In this document: piece by piece, positions 11,822 through 24,419 of the stretch
Layout: every line of letters starts with the position of its first letter
Position numbering within the stretch: the first letter of the stretch is position 1
Assembly (NCBI GenBank): GCA_032718475.1
Contig: JAUCBJ010006915.1
Location: 112,088-176,087 of the forward strand
Length of the DNA: 64,000 bases
Source: Nemertoderma westbladi
Taxonomy: Eukaryota; Animalia; Xenacoelomorpha
Direction of reading: 5' to 3'
The notes under the pieces: model-generated
Seen by the model: the letters and a program-made list of their open reading frames with translations, nothing else
Told to the model about the DNA's origin: nothing
Database searches by the model: none
Position numbers and translations under genes: made by a program

Positions 11822-14632
11822 AATTCCCGTAATTCAAACCCGCTTGTACAGTGTTGTACTTTTAATGCTCAGTCATTGGGTAACAAACTATTGGATCTTG
11901 AACTGTTTTTATCCGATTCAAGATGTGACTTAATCGGTATTACCGAATCGTGGTTAACTGATGATATTACCGACGAGATGTTAAGTGGCGATGGGAAATT
12001 TAATGTGTATAGAAATGACCGTACTACTAGAGGTGGCGGTGTGGTCTTACTTGTTAAAAAAGAAATAATTGCTATAAAGGTTCCCCTAAATAACATGAAG
12101 TATGGTAGCGATATTGAAGTTGTTGCAGTAGATTTACTAAGTAACACTCCATCTCGTGTAATATGTGCATATAGATCGCCATCTTCTAGTATAGATACTG
12201 ATACCCGTTTTTGTAAATATTTATCAGATTTATGTGAGGTACAGTACCCAGTCGCACTCTGTGGTGATTTTAATCTCAGACTATTTGACTGGCAAACAAA
12301 TTCACACCCAGACAGTCCATTGTATAATCTATTTGCAAACTTTATCCTGGATAATGGTTTAACTCAATTACAGTACAACCCCACACGATTGAGTAGTGTT
12401 CTTGATTTGGTGTTTACGTCAGATGAGTTATTTATTTCTAATGTTCATGTTTCTGCTGGTTTAGGTACGAGTGATCACGATGGATCAGTATTTTTTAGCA
12501 TTTTCACCCCGCAACCGGAAACTTATGATGACCGCGATTTTTATTATGATTTTAAAAATGCAGATTATGTAAACTTTTCTAGATTTGTTGATAATAATAA
12601 TTGGGTATCCGAGTATGAATCATGTATATCTGTTAATGACTACTGGACAACATTTAGTAATATTTTAAAATCTGGTATAGAACGTTTTGTTCCTCGAATT
12701 TTACTGCGAAAGTCAAATAAGAGATCATATCCGGCTTACGTACGAACTCTTCAAAAAAGAAAAAAAATAGCGTGGCGGCGAAGACACACTGTAGATGGCC
12801 AGGCCGAATACAAAAGGTGTGCCAAAGCAGCTTCAAAGGCGGTTTACCGTGCCGCATGTATTCGTGAAAATAAGATACTAAGTTCTGGTAAGTCGGATGC
12901 AATTTTCTCTTACGTAAATTCAAAGCGTAACAATCGAGCTGGTATTTCCGCTTTTAAGTACAATGGTAGTATTATTGTTGACGATTGCGCGAGAGCTAAT
13001 ATACTTGCAAGTGTGTTTACAGAAAATTTCACCACTGATGATAATGTTTTGCCAAATTTTACCAATAAAGTATCTTCTAGTGTGCATATATCGAATATAG
13101 ACTTTTCACCTGTTAATGTTTTTTCAGTTCTTCGTAAATTAGAGCCTAAATTAAGCAGAACTCCTGATGGTTTACCATGTTACATATTTTCTAAACTGGC
13201 GCGTTGTCTGGCGGCTCCTTTATCTGTAATTTTTAAGGTATCATTTGAATCACACACTTTACCCGACATATGGCGTACAGCCGATATTATACCCTTATTT
13301 AAAAAGGGAGATCCAACTGATCCTTACAATTATCGTCCCATATCACTTACTTGTATTGGTTGTAAAATAATGGAATTATGTATAAAAACAGAATTGCTTG
13401 ATTATCTACTGACAAACCATATAATAACAAAGTCTCAACATGGTTTCATGAAGAGACGGTCTACATGTACACAACTTTTGGAATCTACAAACCATTGGTA
13501 CAAACAGCTTGATAATCGCAATTCCGTTGATATAATTTATGTAGATCTAGCTAAGGCCTTTGACTCTGTGGTACATAACAAGTTGGTGCATAAGTTGTCT
13601 TGCTATGGTATATCAGGTAATTTATTATTATGGATTAGGGCTTTTCTTTCCAATCGCACGCAACGCGTGGTTGTTGGAAATCAGCATTCGATAACTTGTG
13701 ACGTCATTTCCGGCACCCCCCAGGGTAGTGTATTGGGTCCCCTTCTCTTCCTGTTGTTTGTAAACGACCTGCCAGACATAATTAGTCCAGTTACCTGTCA
13801 GCTGTTTGCCGACGATTTGAAAATGTATGCGAAGAGTGATGATAGTCATCTTTTAATTTCAGCTATTCAGAGGTTGGAATTGTGGACCAAAAACTGGCAG
13901 CTTAAAATAGCAGTTGATAAATGTAGAGTTATCCATGTGGGTGCAAAGAAAGTGAATGGTGCAGTCGATTTTTATTTGAATGACATTTTAATTAATTCTG
14001 ATTGTAAGTTCAAAGACCTAGGTGTCCTTATTGCTGATAATTTAAAGTTTGAACTACATTGTAAGGAGAAGGTTTCTAAGGCTCTCAAAATCGTTAATTT
14101 AATATTTCGTTGTTTTTATACAGATAATATGAGTGCATTGTTGAAAGCGTATACAAGTTATGTCAGACCTATACTTGAATATTGCACCCCTATTTGGTCA
14201 CCGTTTCAATTGGGTAGTATAGATCTAGTTGAACGCGTGCAGCGTTATTTTACACGCAGGTTATACGCCCGTTGTGGCCTGAGTCGTAATAATTATATTA
14301 AACGTTTAGAGTTTTTAAATTTGCAGCCTCTGGAGGTCCGTAGAATTATATTTGATTTAAAAATGACTTACAATATTATTAATAACGGTGTTGATTTAGA
14401 TTTTAATTCATTTTTTACTGCATCGTGTCATTCTACGCGTAGCAATGGTTATAAATTATTTATAAATCGTTATAGACTCCAGATTACTAAGTACAGTTTT
14501 GCAAACCGAGTAGTGCCAATTTGGAATAGTTTGCCGCCAGACGTTGTAAACGCGCACAGTTTAAATATTTTTTCAAGAAAATTGCGTAACGTAGAACTAA
14601 TGCAACACTGTCTTTTTGACAGACATTTGTAA
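11822..14632 (+). CDS. LINE (CR1 group) ORF2: AP endonuclease plus reverse transcriptase, uninterrupted
   Basis: APE motifs FNAQS (in frame upstream of the listed TTG), ITESW, GDFN, LDLV, SDH; RT motifs NYRPISL, QHGF, DLAKAFD, GTPQGSVLGP, LFADD, KDLGV; C-terminal SFANRVVPIWNSLP. No ATG at the frame start, so the start coordinate is approximate. Confidence 0.95.
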   Translation, partial: NSRNSNPLVQCCTFNAQSLGNKLLDLELFLSDSRCDLIGITESWLTDDITDEMLSGDGKFNVYRNDRTTRGGGVVLLVKKEIIAIKVPLNNMKYGSDIEVVAVDLLSNTPSRVICAYRSPSSSIDTDTRFCKYLSDLCEVQYPVALCGDFNLRLFDWQTNSHPDSPLYNLFANFILDNGLTQLQYNPTRLSSVLDLVFTSDELFISNVHVSAGLGTSDHDGSVFFSIFTPQPETYDDRDFYYDFKNADYVNFSRFVDNNNWVSEYESCISVNDYWTTFSNILKSGIERFVPRILLRKSNKRSYPAYVRTLQKRKKIAWRRRHTVDGQAEYKRCAKAASKAVYRAACIRENKILSSGKSDAIFSYVNSKRNNRAGISAFKYNGSIIVDDCARANILASVFTENFTTDDNVLPNFTNKVSSSVHISNIDFSPVNVFSVLRKLEPKLSRTPDGLPCYIFSKLARCLAAPLSVIFKVSFESHTLPDIWRTADIIPLFKKGDPTDPYNYRPISLTCIGCKIMELCIKTELLDYLLTNHIITKSQHGFMKRRSTCTQLLESTNHWYKQLDNRNSVDIIYVDLAKAFDSVVHNKLVHKLSCYGISGNLLLWIRAFLSNRTQRVVVGNQHSITCDVISGTPQGSVLGPLLFLLFVNDLPDIISPVTCQLFADDLKMYAKSDDSHLLISAIQRLELWTKNWQLKIAVDKCRVIHVGAKKVNGAVDFYLNDILINSDCKFKDLGVLIADNLKFELHCKEKVSKALKIVNLIFRCFYTDNMSALLKAYTSYVRPILEYCTPIWSPFQLGSIDLVERVQRYFTRRLYARCGLSRNNYIKRLEFLNLQPLEVRRIIFDLKMTYNIINNGVDLDFNSFFTASCHSTRSNGYKLFINRYRLQITKYSFANRVVPIWNSLPPDVVNAHSLNIFSRKLRNVELMQHCLFDRHL

Positions 14633-15474
14633 ATATTTTTATTTTGTATATACTACTCTCATGTGCATTTTTTTAAATTCTCATATATTTGTGCCCATTT
14701 TTTAAAATCTGCTTATCACACACTGTTGTTCATGGTTACATATTTGTTATTTTATGCTACTATGTACGCTTATTTGTTGTAATTACATAACGTTTTTATC
14801 AGTTTATTGCATCATAAATTACAATAATTTTAAATTACTTACTGTAGGGTAATGACAATACTAATACAGATAAGACTGTAAGAAATACTGAAATAATAAG
14901 CCTCCTACTTGCTACTTGGCTGCTTGGTGTGCTGCTTTAGGCCAGTACAGCAGTAGGCAGGCAGGTACGTGGTAGGAGATTTCACACAGTATTTCTGCTG
15001 TGAGCGCCAATCTCGCGCAGAATTTCTGCTGCGCGCGCCAATCTCGCGCAGTTTTTCTGCTGCGCACGCGGATTTTGCACTGTTTTCGACTGCGCAGGCG
15101 CACATTTTTTTCTGCGCCGCGTCGCGTTCGGCGCACAAAAAAATCACTTAGCATACGGGGTTTACACCCCAAAATTAATTAGTACAACGATGGACAGATT
15201 GATTAGTCTTACTGTCTTCTGGTCTTAGCTCAATCAGTAAATGTAATACTTGGAATATTTAGCAAAGTTTGCTCCGGGCTTCTGCAGTATCAATTGCAGA
15301 AGCCGAACCGAACCGAAATTGCCAAACTTCGGCCCGAACCGAACCGAAGCTTCTGTTGAGCCCTAATCCTGATATTTGAATTGAACCATCTTTTTCTTTA
15401 CATTCTGACATTAGCCTGATATTGCACTAGGGTGCTCGTGGTAGGGCCAGGTTGGAATTTATGTAGAGGTTGCT

Positions 15475-17290
15475 CAGGGATGGTTAAAACCTAATTTAAA
15501 AAAAAACAAAATTAGGTTTTTTCTTTAATTGAATAAAACCTTATAAAACCTAATAAAACCTAATAAAACCTAAAAAAACCTAATAAAACCTAAATTTTCA
15601 TACAAAAATTAAGAAATTTTTCGAGAACCAATGACTTAATTGCTGTTTTGAAGGTTGTAACTAGGGCTCGATCGGAGTTGGGATTTGGCCGGAGCCGGAG
15701 CAGGAGCCGGAGTTGGACAATTTTGCCGGAGCCGGAGCAGGAGCCGGAGTTTTTCAAAAATTTTAAAAATTTAATTATTTATTTAAAAAAAATAAAGTAT
15801 GGTTATCGTTCGCCAATCGCTCATAATCAATGATACTGTAGGTCTAATTAATTTCATAATTTATAGATTTACGAATTTTCAATTTAAAATTTAAGTAATT
15901 AATTTATCATGGACAGACGGCCTGACGCTGACGGCGACGGCCTGATGCTGACGGCGACGGCCTGACGCTGACGGCTAAAAATTACCTACAGTACCTACCT
16001 CGCTAACTGTCTAACTGTCTGACTGTGGTAGAGGTGTGTACTGTAGGTAGCCTACCGTACGTGTACCAGTACTGCAGTACGTGTACCAGTACTGCAGTAC
16101 AGTACATGCAGTATGCTGGCATGACAGCAGTAAACTGGTAAATGGCTGAATGGCTGCAGTGGTACAGTCTGACAGTGTTACAATCATAGCATTTACAATT
16201 TTTTAAAGTAGGGCCTATCTGTAATAGTCTGCTAGTCAGCCAGCTGGCCAGTACCAGTACTGCAGTACAGTCAGTCAGTCATTGACTTTAAGTGAATACT
16301 GCAGTATTATCAGATTATACTTGATATTGAAGCTGTACTACAGTACTTATAGTGTTAAATAATTGTTCAGATTAGAATATGCACGAAATATAATACTTTA
16401 TTAAAAAATTAACTCCGGCAATATTTTTACCGGAGCCGGAGCAGGAGCCGGAGGTGCCAAAATGGCCGGAGCCGGAGCCGGAGGCCGGAGCTCCGATCGA
16501 GCCCTAGTTGTAACACCCAGTAAATCGACCATTGCGGTTTCATTGCGCCTATTCTCAAGTCTGTGAAGCAATTGCAAGTATGACTTATTAACTTATAATA
16601 ATCTCACCAAACTATGGCAAAACTATCATACACGTACCTGCGTACAGTACTGCGTACTGCAGTTAGCCCCAAGACGTTACAGAAGGGTGTTTTTATTCTT
16701 TTTATGGGTGTAACTCGAAAAATCAACCCTCATCACCGATGGAATAAAAACTTTCACCGCCGGGCAGCCGGGATTACATTTTTTAAAAACATTTTAAGTG
16801 ATTACATTTGCAAATTAGCTGAAATACTACAGGAATTTATTAGACTGTTAGATGTATTAAATTACCGCTACTGCGCTATAGGCCTATGTCATAATTATTA
16901 TACAATGGAATACCAGTAATGGATTCCAATTCCATATTTATCAGTATTTCCAAACCAACTCCAAAAGTTGAATTTTAAAGAAAAGTTGAATTTTAAACCC
17001 TTCTCCAAAAGTTGAATTTTAAAAAATTTCAACTCAGTTGTAAATAGAACTCCCCGACTGGATATTCTGCTAATGTCTAATCGAACCGTCTTTGAAGGTC
17101 TAGCACTCTAGCACACAACGAAATGTGAGGTTTTTCCCCCATACCCAATAATTAGGCCAACGGATTGCACTGCGGTGGCAGACTGGAATAAAACCCAATA
17201 AAACCTAATAAAACCTAATAATTTTTACACTAGGTTTTTTATTAAAACCGAATAATAAAACCTAATATTAAAACCTAATTGCCATCCCTG
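15475..17290. mobile_element. hAT-type MITE
   Basis: TIR CAGGGATGG / CCATCCCTG, subterminal AAAACCTAAT repeats, 8-bp TSD AGGTTGCT (15467-15474, 17291-17298). Confidence 0.82.
15662..16506. mobile_element. hAT-type MITE, copy 1
   Basis: TIR TAGGGCTCGATCGGAG / CTCCGATCGAGCCCTA, (CCGGAG)n subterminal repeats, 8-bp TSD GTTGTAAC. Confidence 0.92.
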
Positions 17291-17769
17291 AGGTTGCTCA
17301 ACATGTGTGGCGCGGATTAAGGATTCGGGCGCGTAGTGACCAGGTGACAGGGGCGTGTGGCGCGCATTGAGGATCCTGGCAGCCTGGCGGTCCTGGCGCG
17401 AATATGGATGTAGGGTTAGGGTAGGATGTAGCGTAGCGGTGCACAGGCAACACATCCCACTATACAGCTAAACAGTCGGGCACTTTGTCAATATTGACAT
17501 GTTGTCAATATTGACATGTTCCATGTCAAAATTGACATGATGTCAATATTGACATGTTTTGATAATACATTTTTTAAATATTGTGACTTGAAAAGTAAAA
17601 AATGTTTTTTTGTAAAGAGAATATCTATTTTAATTAAAATAATGTTAAATCCAACCAATGCATGTTGTTGTTTGTAATAATTTTAATGATATGTTGTATT
17701 GCATGTCAATATTGACATGAACGCTGGATTATTATGTTCATTTCACCCCCACCAAACAGCCAAATATAT

Positions 17770-19680
17770 TTAGAGGCCTTCGCGCAGCATCACAAATACT
17801 GAAACGAGCTGTCAAAACGCTTTAGTTAGAGGCATTCTTGCTGCATTATAAATACTGAAAAGAGCTTTTGAAACTATTTAATAGGGCTCGATCGGAGTTG
17901 GGATTTGGCCGGAGCCGGAGCCGGAGTTGGACAATTTGGCCGGAGCCGGAGTTTTTCAAAAATTTTAAAAATTTAATTATTTATTTAAAAAAAATAAAGT
18001 ATGGTTATCGTTCGCCAATCGCTCATAACAGCATAATCAATCATACTGTATGCTGTAGGTCTAATTAATTTCATAATTTATAGATTTACGAATTTTCAAT
18101 TTAAAATTTAAGTAATTAATTTATCACGGACAGACGGCCTGACGCTGATGGCTAAAAATTACCTACAGTTACAGTACCTAACTCACTAACTGTGGTAGAG
18201 GTGTGTACTGTAGGTAGCCTACCGTACGTGTACCAGTACTGCAGTACAGTATGCTGGCATGGCATCGGCATGACAGCAGTAAATGGCTGCAGTGGTACAG
18301 CTACAGTGTACATTCATAGCATTTACAATTTTTTACAGTAGGGCCTATCTGTAATACATAATAGTCTGCTAGTCAGCCAGCTGGCCAGTACCAGTCAGCC
18401 AGTACTGCAGTACAGTCTGACAGTCAGTCAGTCATTGACTTTAAGTAAATACTGCAGTACTGCAGTACCGGTATTATTCTTGATATTGAAGCTGTACTAC
18501 AGTACTTACTTCAGTACTTATAGTGTAAATGATTGTTCAGATTAGAATATGCACGAAATATAATACTTTATTAAAAAATTAACTCCGGCAATATTTTTAC
18601 CGGAGCCGGAGCAGGAGCCGGAGGTGCCAAAATGGCCGGAGCCGGAGCCGGAGCCGGAGGCCAGAGCTCCGATCGAGCCCTACTATTTAAGCCTTCGTGC
18701 AGCATGTTAAATATTGAAAAAGGGCTGCTAAAACTGTTCAGAGTCCTTTGTCAGTTTGTGCAGCATGATAAATGCCGAAAAGTGCAGTTGAAATTGTTCA
18801 GAGGGTTTCATGCATCATGAGAAAAACTGATAAAACTGCCCAGAGGCCTTCGCACAGTTTGAAAAATACATAAAAGATCTCTCAAAGCTGCTCAGAGACC
18901 TTTGTGCAGCATGATAAACACTGAAAATAGATGTTGAAACTATTCAGAGTCCTTCATGCAGCATGATAAATGTTGAAAATAACATTTGAAGTTGTTAATA
19001 GGGCTTCGTGCAATATTAGAATGTCGAAAATAGCTGTTGAAACCAGTTCAGAGGCCTTCCTGCTGCATGATAAATGCTGAAAAGGGCTGTTGAAACTGCT
19101 AAAAGGCCTTCATGCAGCATGATAAATACCGAAAAGAGCTGATAAAACTGTTCAGAGTCCTTCATGCTGCATGATAAATGCTGAAAATAACATTTGAAGT
19201 TGTTAATAGGGCTTCGTGCAATATTAGAATGTCGAAAATAGCTGTTGAAACCAGTTCAGAGGCCTTCCTGCTGCATGATAAATGCTGAAAAGGGCTGTTG
19301 AAACTGCTAAAAGGCCTTCATGCAGCATGATAAATACTGAAAAGAGCTAATAAAACTGTTCAGAGTCCTCAAGGCAGCATGACAAATGCTGAGAATAACA
19401 TTTGAAGTTGTTAATAGGGCTTCGTGCAATATGAGAATGTCGAAAATAGCTGTCGAATCTGTTCAGAGGCCTTCGTGCAGCATGACAAATGCTGAAAAGA
19501 GCTGTTGAAACTGTTAAAAGGCCTTCATGCAGCATGAGAAATACTGAAAAGAGCTAAAATAACTGTTCAGAGTCCTCAAGGCAGCATGATAAATGCTGAA
19601 AATTGAAGTTGTTCAGAGGACTTCGTGCAATATGAGAATGCCGAAAATAGCTGTCGAATCTGTTCAGAGGCCTTCGTGCG
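17770..19680. repeat. About 52-bp satellite with about 209-bp higher-order period
   Basis: Diverged units like GCCTTCGTGCAGCATGATAAATGCTGAAAAGAGCTGTTGAAACTGTTCAGAG; 4-unit block duplicated (about 19052 and 19261); interrupted by the MITE at 17882. Confidence 0.8.
17882..18682. mobile_element. hAT-type MITE, copy 2 (same family as 15662-16506)
   Basis: Same TIR and body; different 8-bp TSD CTATTTAA, so an independent insertion. Confidence 0.92.
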
Positions 19681-22600
19681 AGGTAGAATTATATGTCAGA
19701 TGCCGTCCGATCCGATCCGATCCGATCCGATCCGATCCGATCCGATCCGATCCGATCCGATGCAATTCAGCAATTATTCTAGCTACAACTGTCAGACTGC
19801 AGACTGTACAAGCCTAGCTGCTTAGGTCTACTTCTGTTTTGCCTATCACAGTTTCTCTAACTCAATATCCCTTTAATTGAATATCAGAATATCTATCTTT
19901 GCCGTGTTTTATTTAATTAATATAGGGCATAATAAATTAGTAGAGGAGCTAGATCTGAAAACTGATTATACCGCGGTTATACGGCGCCTACACTTTTCTT
20001 TACTGCAATGAAAGCCGGTGTATAGCTGTATAGTACCCGGCTGCGTGGGATTCCAGGACGAAGGTCAGAAAAAAAGCACTACTGTATGGCCACTTTTCGA
20101 CCGTCGACACAAAGCCGCTGCGAAGTTATTATGGGACAGGATGGTGATGCTCGGTAGACAGTGGCGGTTCTAGGGGGGGGGGGCAGGGGGGCATCTGCCC
20201 CTCCCCAGGTATCTTGGGGGGGGGGGCTTGCCCCCTCCCTAGCGAAAGGTAATGTGGTAAATCCGAACCAGTGGGTACCGACTTGCTCGAAAACAGACCT
20301 CTCTGGGAAAAGACTTCTATTTTTTTTTCAAAATTTAGTTACTACCCGGAGATATCCATTATAAAACACTCTGATATTTTTGTAAAATTCTGGAACTTTG
20401 GGAATTCGGGAAAAAATCGGGAAATTTTTTTCAAAGTATAATAATTTCTTTTAATGTTTCCTTTTGTTTATTTTTTTTTTATTGGGGGCTGCGACGAACT
20501 GTAGCTTGATTCCGAAACGTGCAGTGGCGTGCAGAAGGGCGGGGGGGGGGGGACGGCCCCGGGCGCCACCTTCCAAGGGGCGCCAAAATTTGAGCAGTAG
20601 TGGCATCATAGCCAGCTGATAGTATAATGGTGGTTCCAAGTTTAGCTTATTGATGCTAGACATTTAGCCCATCCAACATACAAACATAGTAGTTTGGTTC
20701 TGTATTGGTTGCATAGCCTTTCAGCACTGCCCACATTGCACATGTGAAGGTGTCACAGGTGAGAAGGTAGATGTCTCCTGCGATTGGTCCATGGTATGGT
20801 CACTGGAAATATCTCCATTGGTAAGTTCAGTGGCTTGGTTTTTTAAGGCATGTGCAAGTAAATTTAAGCAGTAAATTTCTTAATATAATATAATTTTGCA
20901 ATTAAAAAGGGGTCCTACTAATTACCCCAACCTACCACAAACTACCACAATCTACCCCAATAATTCGATACAGGCATCTAATTACCACAATATTATTTTA
21001 CAATGGCATCTAATTACCACAATGTACAGAACTCAAGTGTCTATTTACCACAAGACTAACTGCGCATCTAATTACCACAATATACAGAACGCAAGTGTCT
21101 AATTACCACAATACTATACAGCGTCTAATTACCACAATATACAGAACGCGAGTGTCTAATTACCACAACACTATACTGCGTCTAATTACCACAATATACA
21201 GAATGCAAATATCTATTTACCACAACACTACACTGCATCTAATTACCACAATATACAGAACTCAAGTGTCTATTTACCACACGACTATACTGCGTCTAAT
21301 TACCACAAGACTATACTGCGTCTAATTACCACAATCTATTTACGAACAAGACTACACTGCACACTGCATCTAATTACCACAATATTATTTTACAATGGCA
21401 TCTAATTACCACAATATACAGAACGCAAGTGTCTATTTACCACAAGACTATACTGCGTCTAATTGCCACAACACTATACTGCGTCTAATTGCCACAACAC
21501 TATACTGCGTCTAATTACCACAACACTACCTTATACTGCGTCTAATTACCACAATCTATTTACCACAAGACTACACTGCATCTAATTACCACAATATTAT
21601 TTTACAATGGCATCTAATTACCACAATATACAGAATGCAAGTGTCTAATTACCACAACACTATACTGCGTCTAATTACCACAGGACTATACTGTGTCTAA
21701 TTACCACAATCTATTTACGAACAAGACTACACTGCACACTGCATCTAATGACCACAATATTATTTTACAATGGCATCTAATTACCACAATATACAGAACG
21801 CAAGTGTCTATTTACCACAAGACTATACTGCGTCTAATTACCACAACACTATACTGCGTCTAATTACCACAACACTATATTGCGTCTAATTACCACAATC
21901 TATTTACGAACAAGACTACACTGCACACTGCATCTAATTACCACAATATTATTTTACAATGGCATCTAATTACCACAATATACAGAACGCAAGTGTCTAT
22001 TTACCACAAGACTATACTGCGTCTAATTGCCACAACACTATACTGCGTCTAATTGCCACAACACTATACTGCGTCTAATTACCACAACACTACCTTATAC
22101 TGCGTCTAATTACCACAATCTATTTACCACAAGACTACACTGCATCTAATTACCACAATATTATTTTACAATGGCATCTAATTACCACAATATACAGAAC
22201 TCAAGTGTCTATTTACCACATGACTATACTGCGTCTAATTACCACAAGACTATACTGCGTCTAATTACCACAATCTATTTACGAACAAGACTACACTGCA
22301 CACTGCATCTAATTACCACAATATTATTTTACAATGGCATCTAATTACCACAATATACAGAACGCAAGTGTCTATTTACCACAAGACTATACTGCGTCTA
22401 ATTGCCACAACACTATACTGCGTCTAATTGCCACAACACTATACTGCGTCTAATTACCACAACACTACCTTATACTGCGTCTAATTACCACAATCTATTT
22501 ACCACAAGACTACACTGCATCTAATTACCACAATATTATTTTACAATGGCATCTAATTACCACAATATACAGAACTCAAGTGTCTATTTACCACACGACT

Positions 22601-23059
22601 ATACTGCGTCTAATTACCACAAGACTATACTGCGTCTAATTACCACAATCTATTTACGAACAAGACTACACTGCACACTGCATCTAATGACCACAATATT
22701 ATTTTACAATGGCATCTAATTACCACAATATACAGAACGCAAGTGTCTATTTACCACAAGACTATACTGCGTCTAATTACCACAACACTATACTGCGTCT
22801 AATTACCACAACACTATACTGCGTCTAATTACCACAATCTATTTACGAACAAGACTACACTGCACACTGCATCTAATTACCTGTACCATATAGGGCTCGC
22901 CTAAGGTCACTCATTTGTAAATCGCTTACTGAGTGTAACAATAGTTATTATCGATAGTGACCTTTAGTATATTGTTGATGGACTCGCAGTTATTGTTAAT
23001 TACTGTATAATATAATATTGCTTAATTAACCTTTTTGTTACAATTTTTTTTGGTACACA

Positions 23060-23580
23060 CTGACAGACCCACCGACAGTCTGACCAACCGACCGACCAAC
23101 AGACTGACCGACAGAATGACCAATCGACGGACAGACTGAGCGATTGACTGACCAACCGACTGACCCACTGACAGACTGACCAACAGACTGACCGAAATAC
23201 TGACCAACCGACCGAGAGACTGACCGACAGACTGACCAGCCAACCGACCGACCGAATGACTGACAGACTAACCAACTGACGTACCGATCCATCAACTGAC
23301 CGACCGACCACCAGACTCCCGCACCTACAGACTGAATGATAAATTTTCCAACCGACCGACGGACTCACACACAAACTGACCAACCAACCAACCAACAAAC
23401 TGACCGACAGATTGAATGACAGACTGACCAACCGACTGACAGACAGACTAACCAACTGACCTACCGACCAATCAACCAACCGACAGACTGAACGACTGAC
23501 TGACCAACTAACCCACCGACAGACTGACCGACCGACTGACCGACAGACTAACCAACTGACCTACCGACAGACTCACCTAC
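23060..23580. repeat. Degenerate tetranucleotide microsatellite (GACC/GACT/AACC)
   Basis: Visible (GACY)n and (AACC)n tract. Confidence 0.85.
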
Positions 23581-24419
23581 CTATATACTGTAGAACTTAT
23601 TACTAAATGAAATAAACTGATTTCGTTATGGATATAATATACTGAAATTGTGCCCCATTAATTGATTTATATAAACTAAGATTATTTTTATTAGGAATTA
23701 AATGATGTTTAAACACAATTCATTTATTGGTTAATTTTATAACTTGCGATAAAGTATTTAAACTTACAAATTATGTATTTCCTGTGTCTCGTCCGTTTCT
23801 GGTACAATATCCGTAATTCTTCCTTCACCGTTTTCCAGTATTTCATAGATGGGTGGGCCGATTTTATGATTAAGAGTAAAATTTTGCAGAGTAATTAATC
23901 ACGTCCATTCGGTTGAAATTTGTACTGTACGAGGTTGACATAATTTTGACTCTTCTCGCTGAAACTCTTCCACGAATAATAACGATTGATTGAAATACAT
24001 AATTCTTCCACATATTTGCTACTGTAAATGTCGCTTATGTTATAAATATCATTCTCCACCACCAATTGTGATAACTGTGTGTCCTACAGTAAATTGTGCC
24101 CACATATTCCAGAGCACAACAGAACCCATGCCCTTGGAATTTATTTACAAAAGCCCTGCCCTGATAAATGCCCGTTCAGAAAATACACTGTACTTTATTT
24201 TTTTTTATTATAATTTTAGCTTTTGCCAACAATTCCCTCGTCGACTGTAAATCCTATAGACTTATTTCATTTGATTTATTAATGTTTGTGTGTAATTAAA
24301 TTTCATCAATTATAAAGTTGAAACGAGATATCAATTCTCCAATTGCTTCCAGCCCCCCCCCCCCCCCCCCCCCCCCCCGTACAAATAAAGTGCTAACTTT
24401 ATACATAATGATGTCCATT

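Larger units (their letters stand above)
10421..15159. mobile_element. hAT-like MITE hosting the CR1 LINE
   Basis: Imperfect TIR CCATTCTGCTAAGT / ACTTAGCATACGGG, GCGCA-rich subterminal repeats, 8-bp TSD GTTTACAC (10413-10420, 15160-15167). Confidence 0.7.
9663..15169. mobile_element. Foldback/MULE-like element with inverted 12-bp minisatellite arms
   Basis: TIR GGGTGTAAACGTTAAGCAGAC; arms of (GGTGCAGACAGT)n at 9685-10060 and the reverse complement at 10200-10410; 9-bp TSD CAAAATTAA (9654-9662, 15170-15178); right tip displaced by the 10421-15159 insertion. Confidence 0.8.
4985..15365. mobile_element. hAT-type non-autonomous element expanded to 10.4 kb by nested insertions
   Basis: TIR TAGGGTTCAACAGAAG / CTTCTGTTGAGCCCTA, subterminal (CCGAA)n at both ends, 8-bp TSD ATCCTGAT (4977-4984, 15366-15373). 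Confidence 0.85.

Noticed and set aside
20910-22880. CRISPR-like repeat-spacer appearance (also 27625-29059)
   Set aside because: Spacers are a few recurring modules rather than unique sequences, the core is only about 14 bp, the arrays are inverted arms of a TSD-flanked element, and there are no cas genes.
23000-23479. Ser/Val/Gly-rich ORFs resembling membrane proteins
   Set aside because: Tetranucleotide microsatellite artefact.
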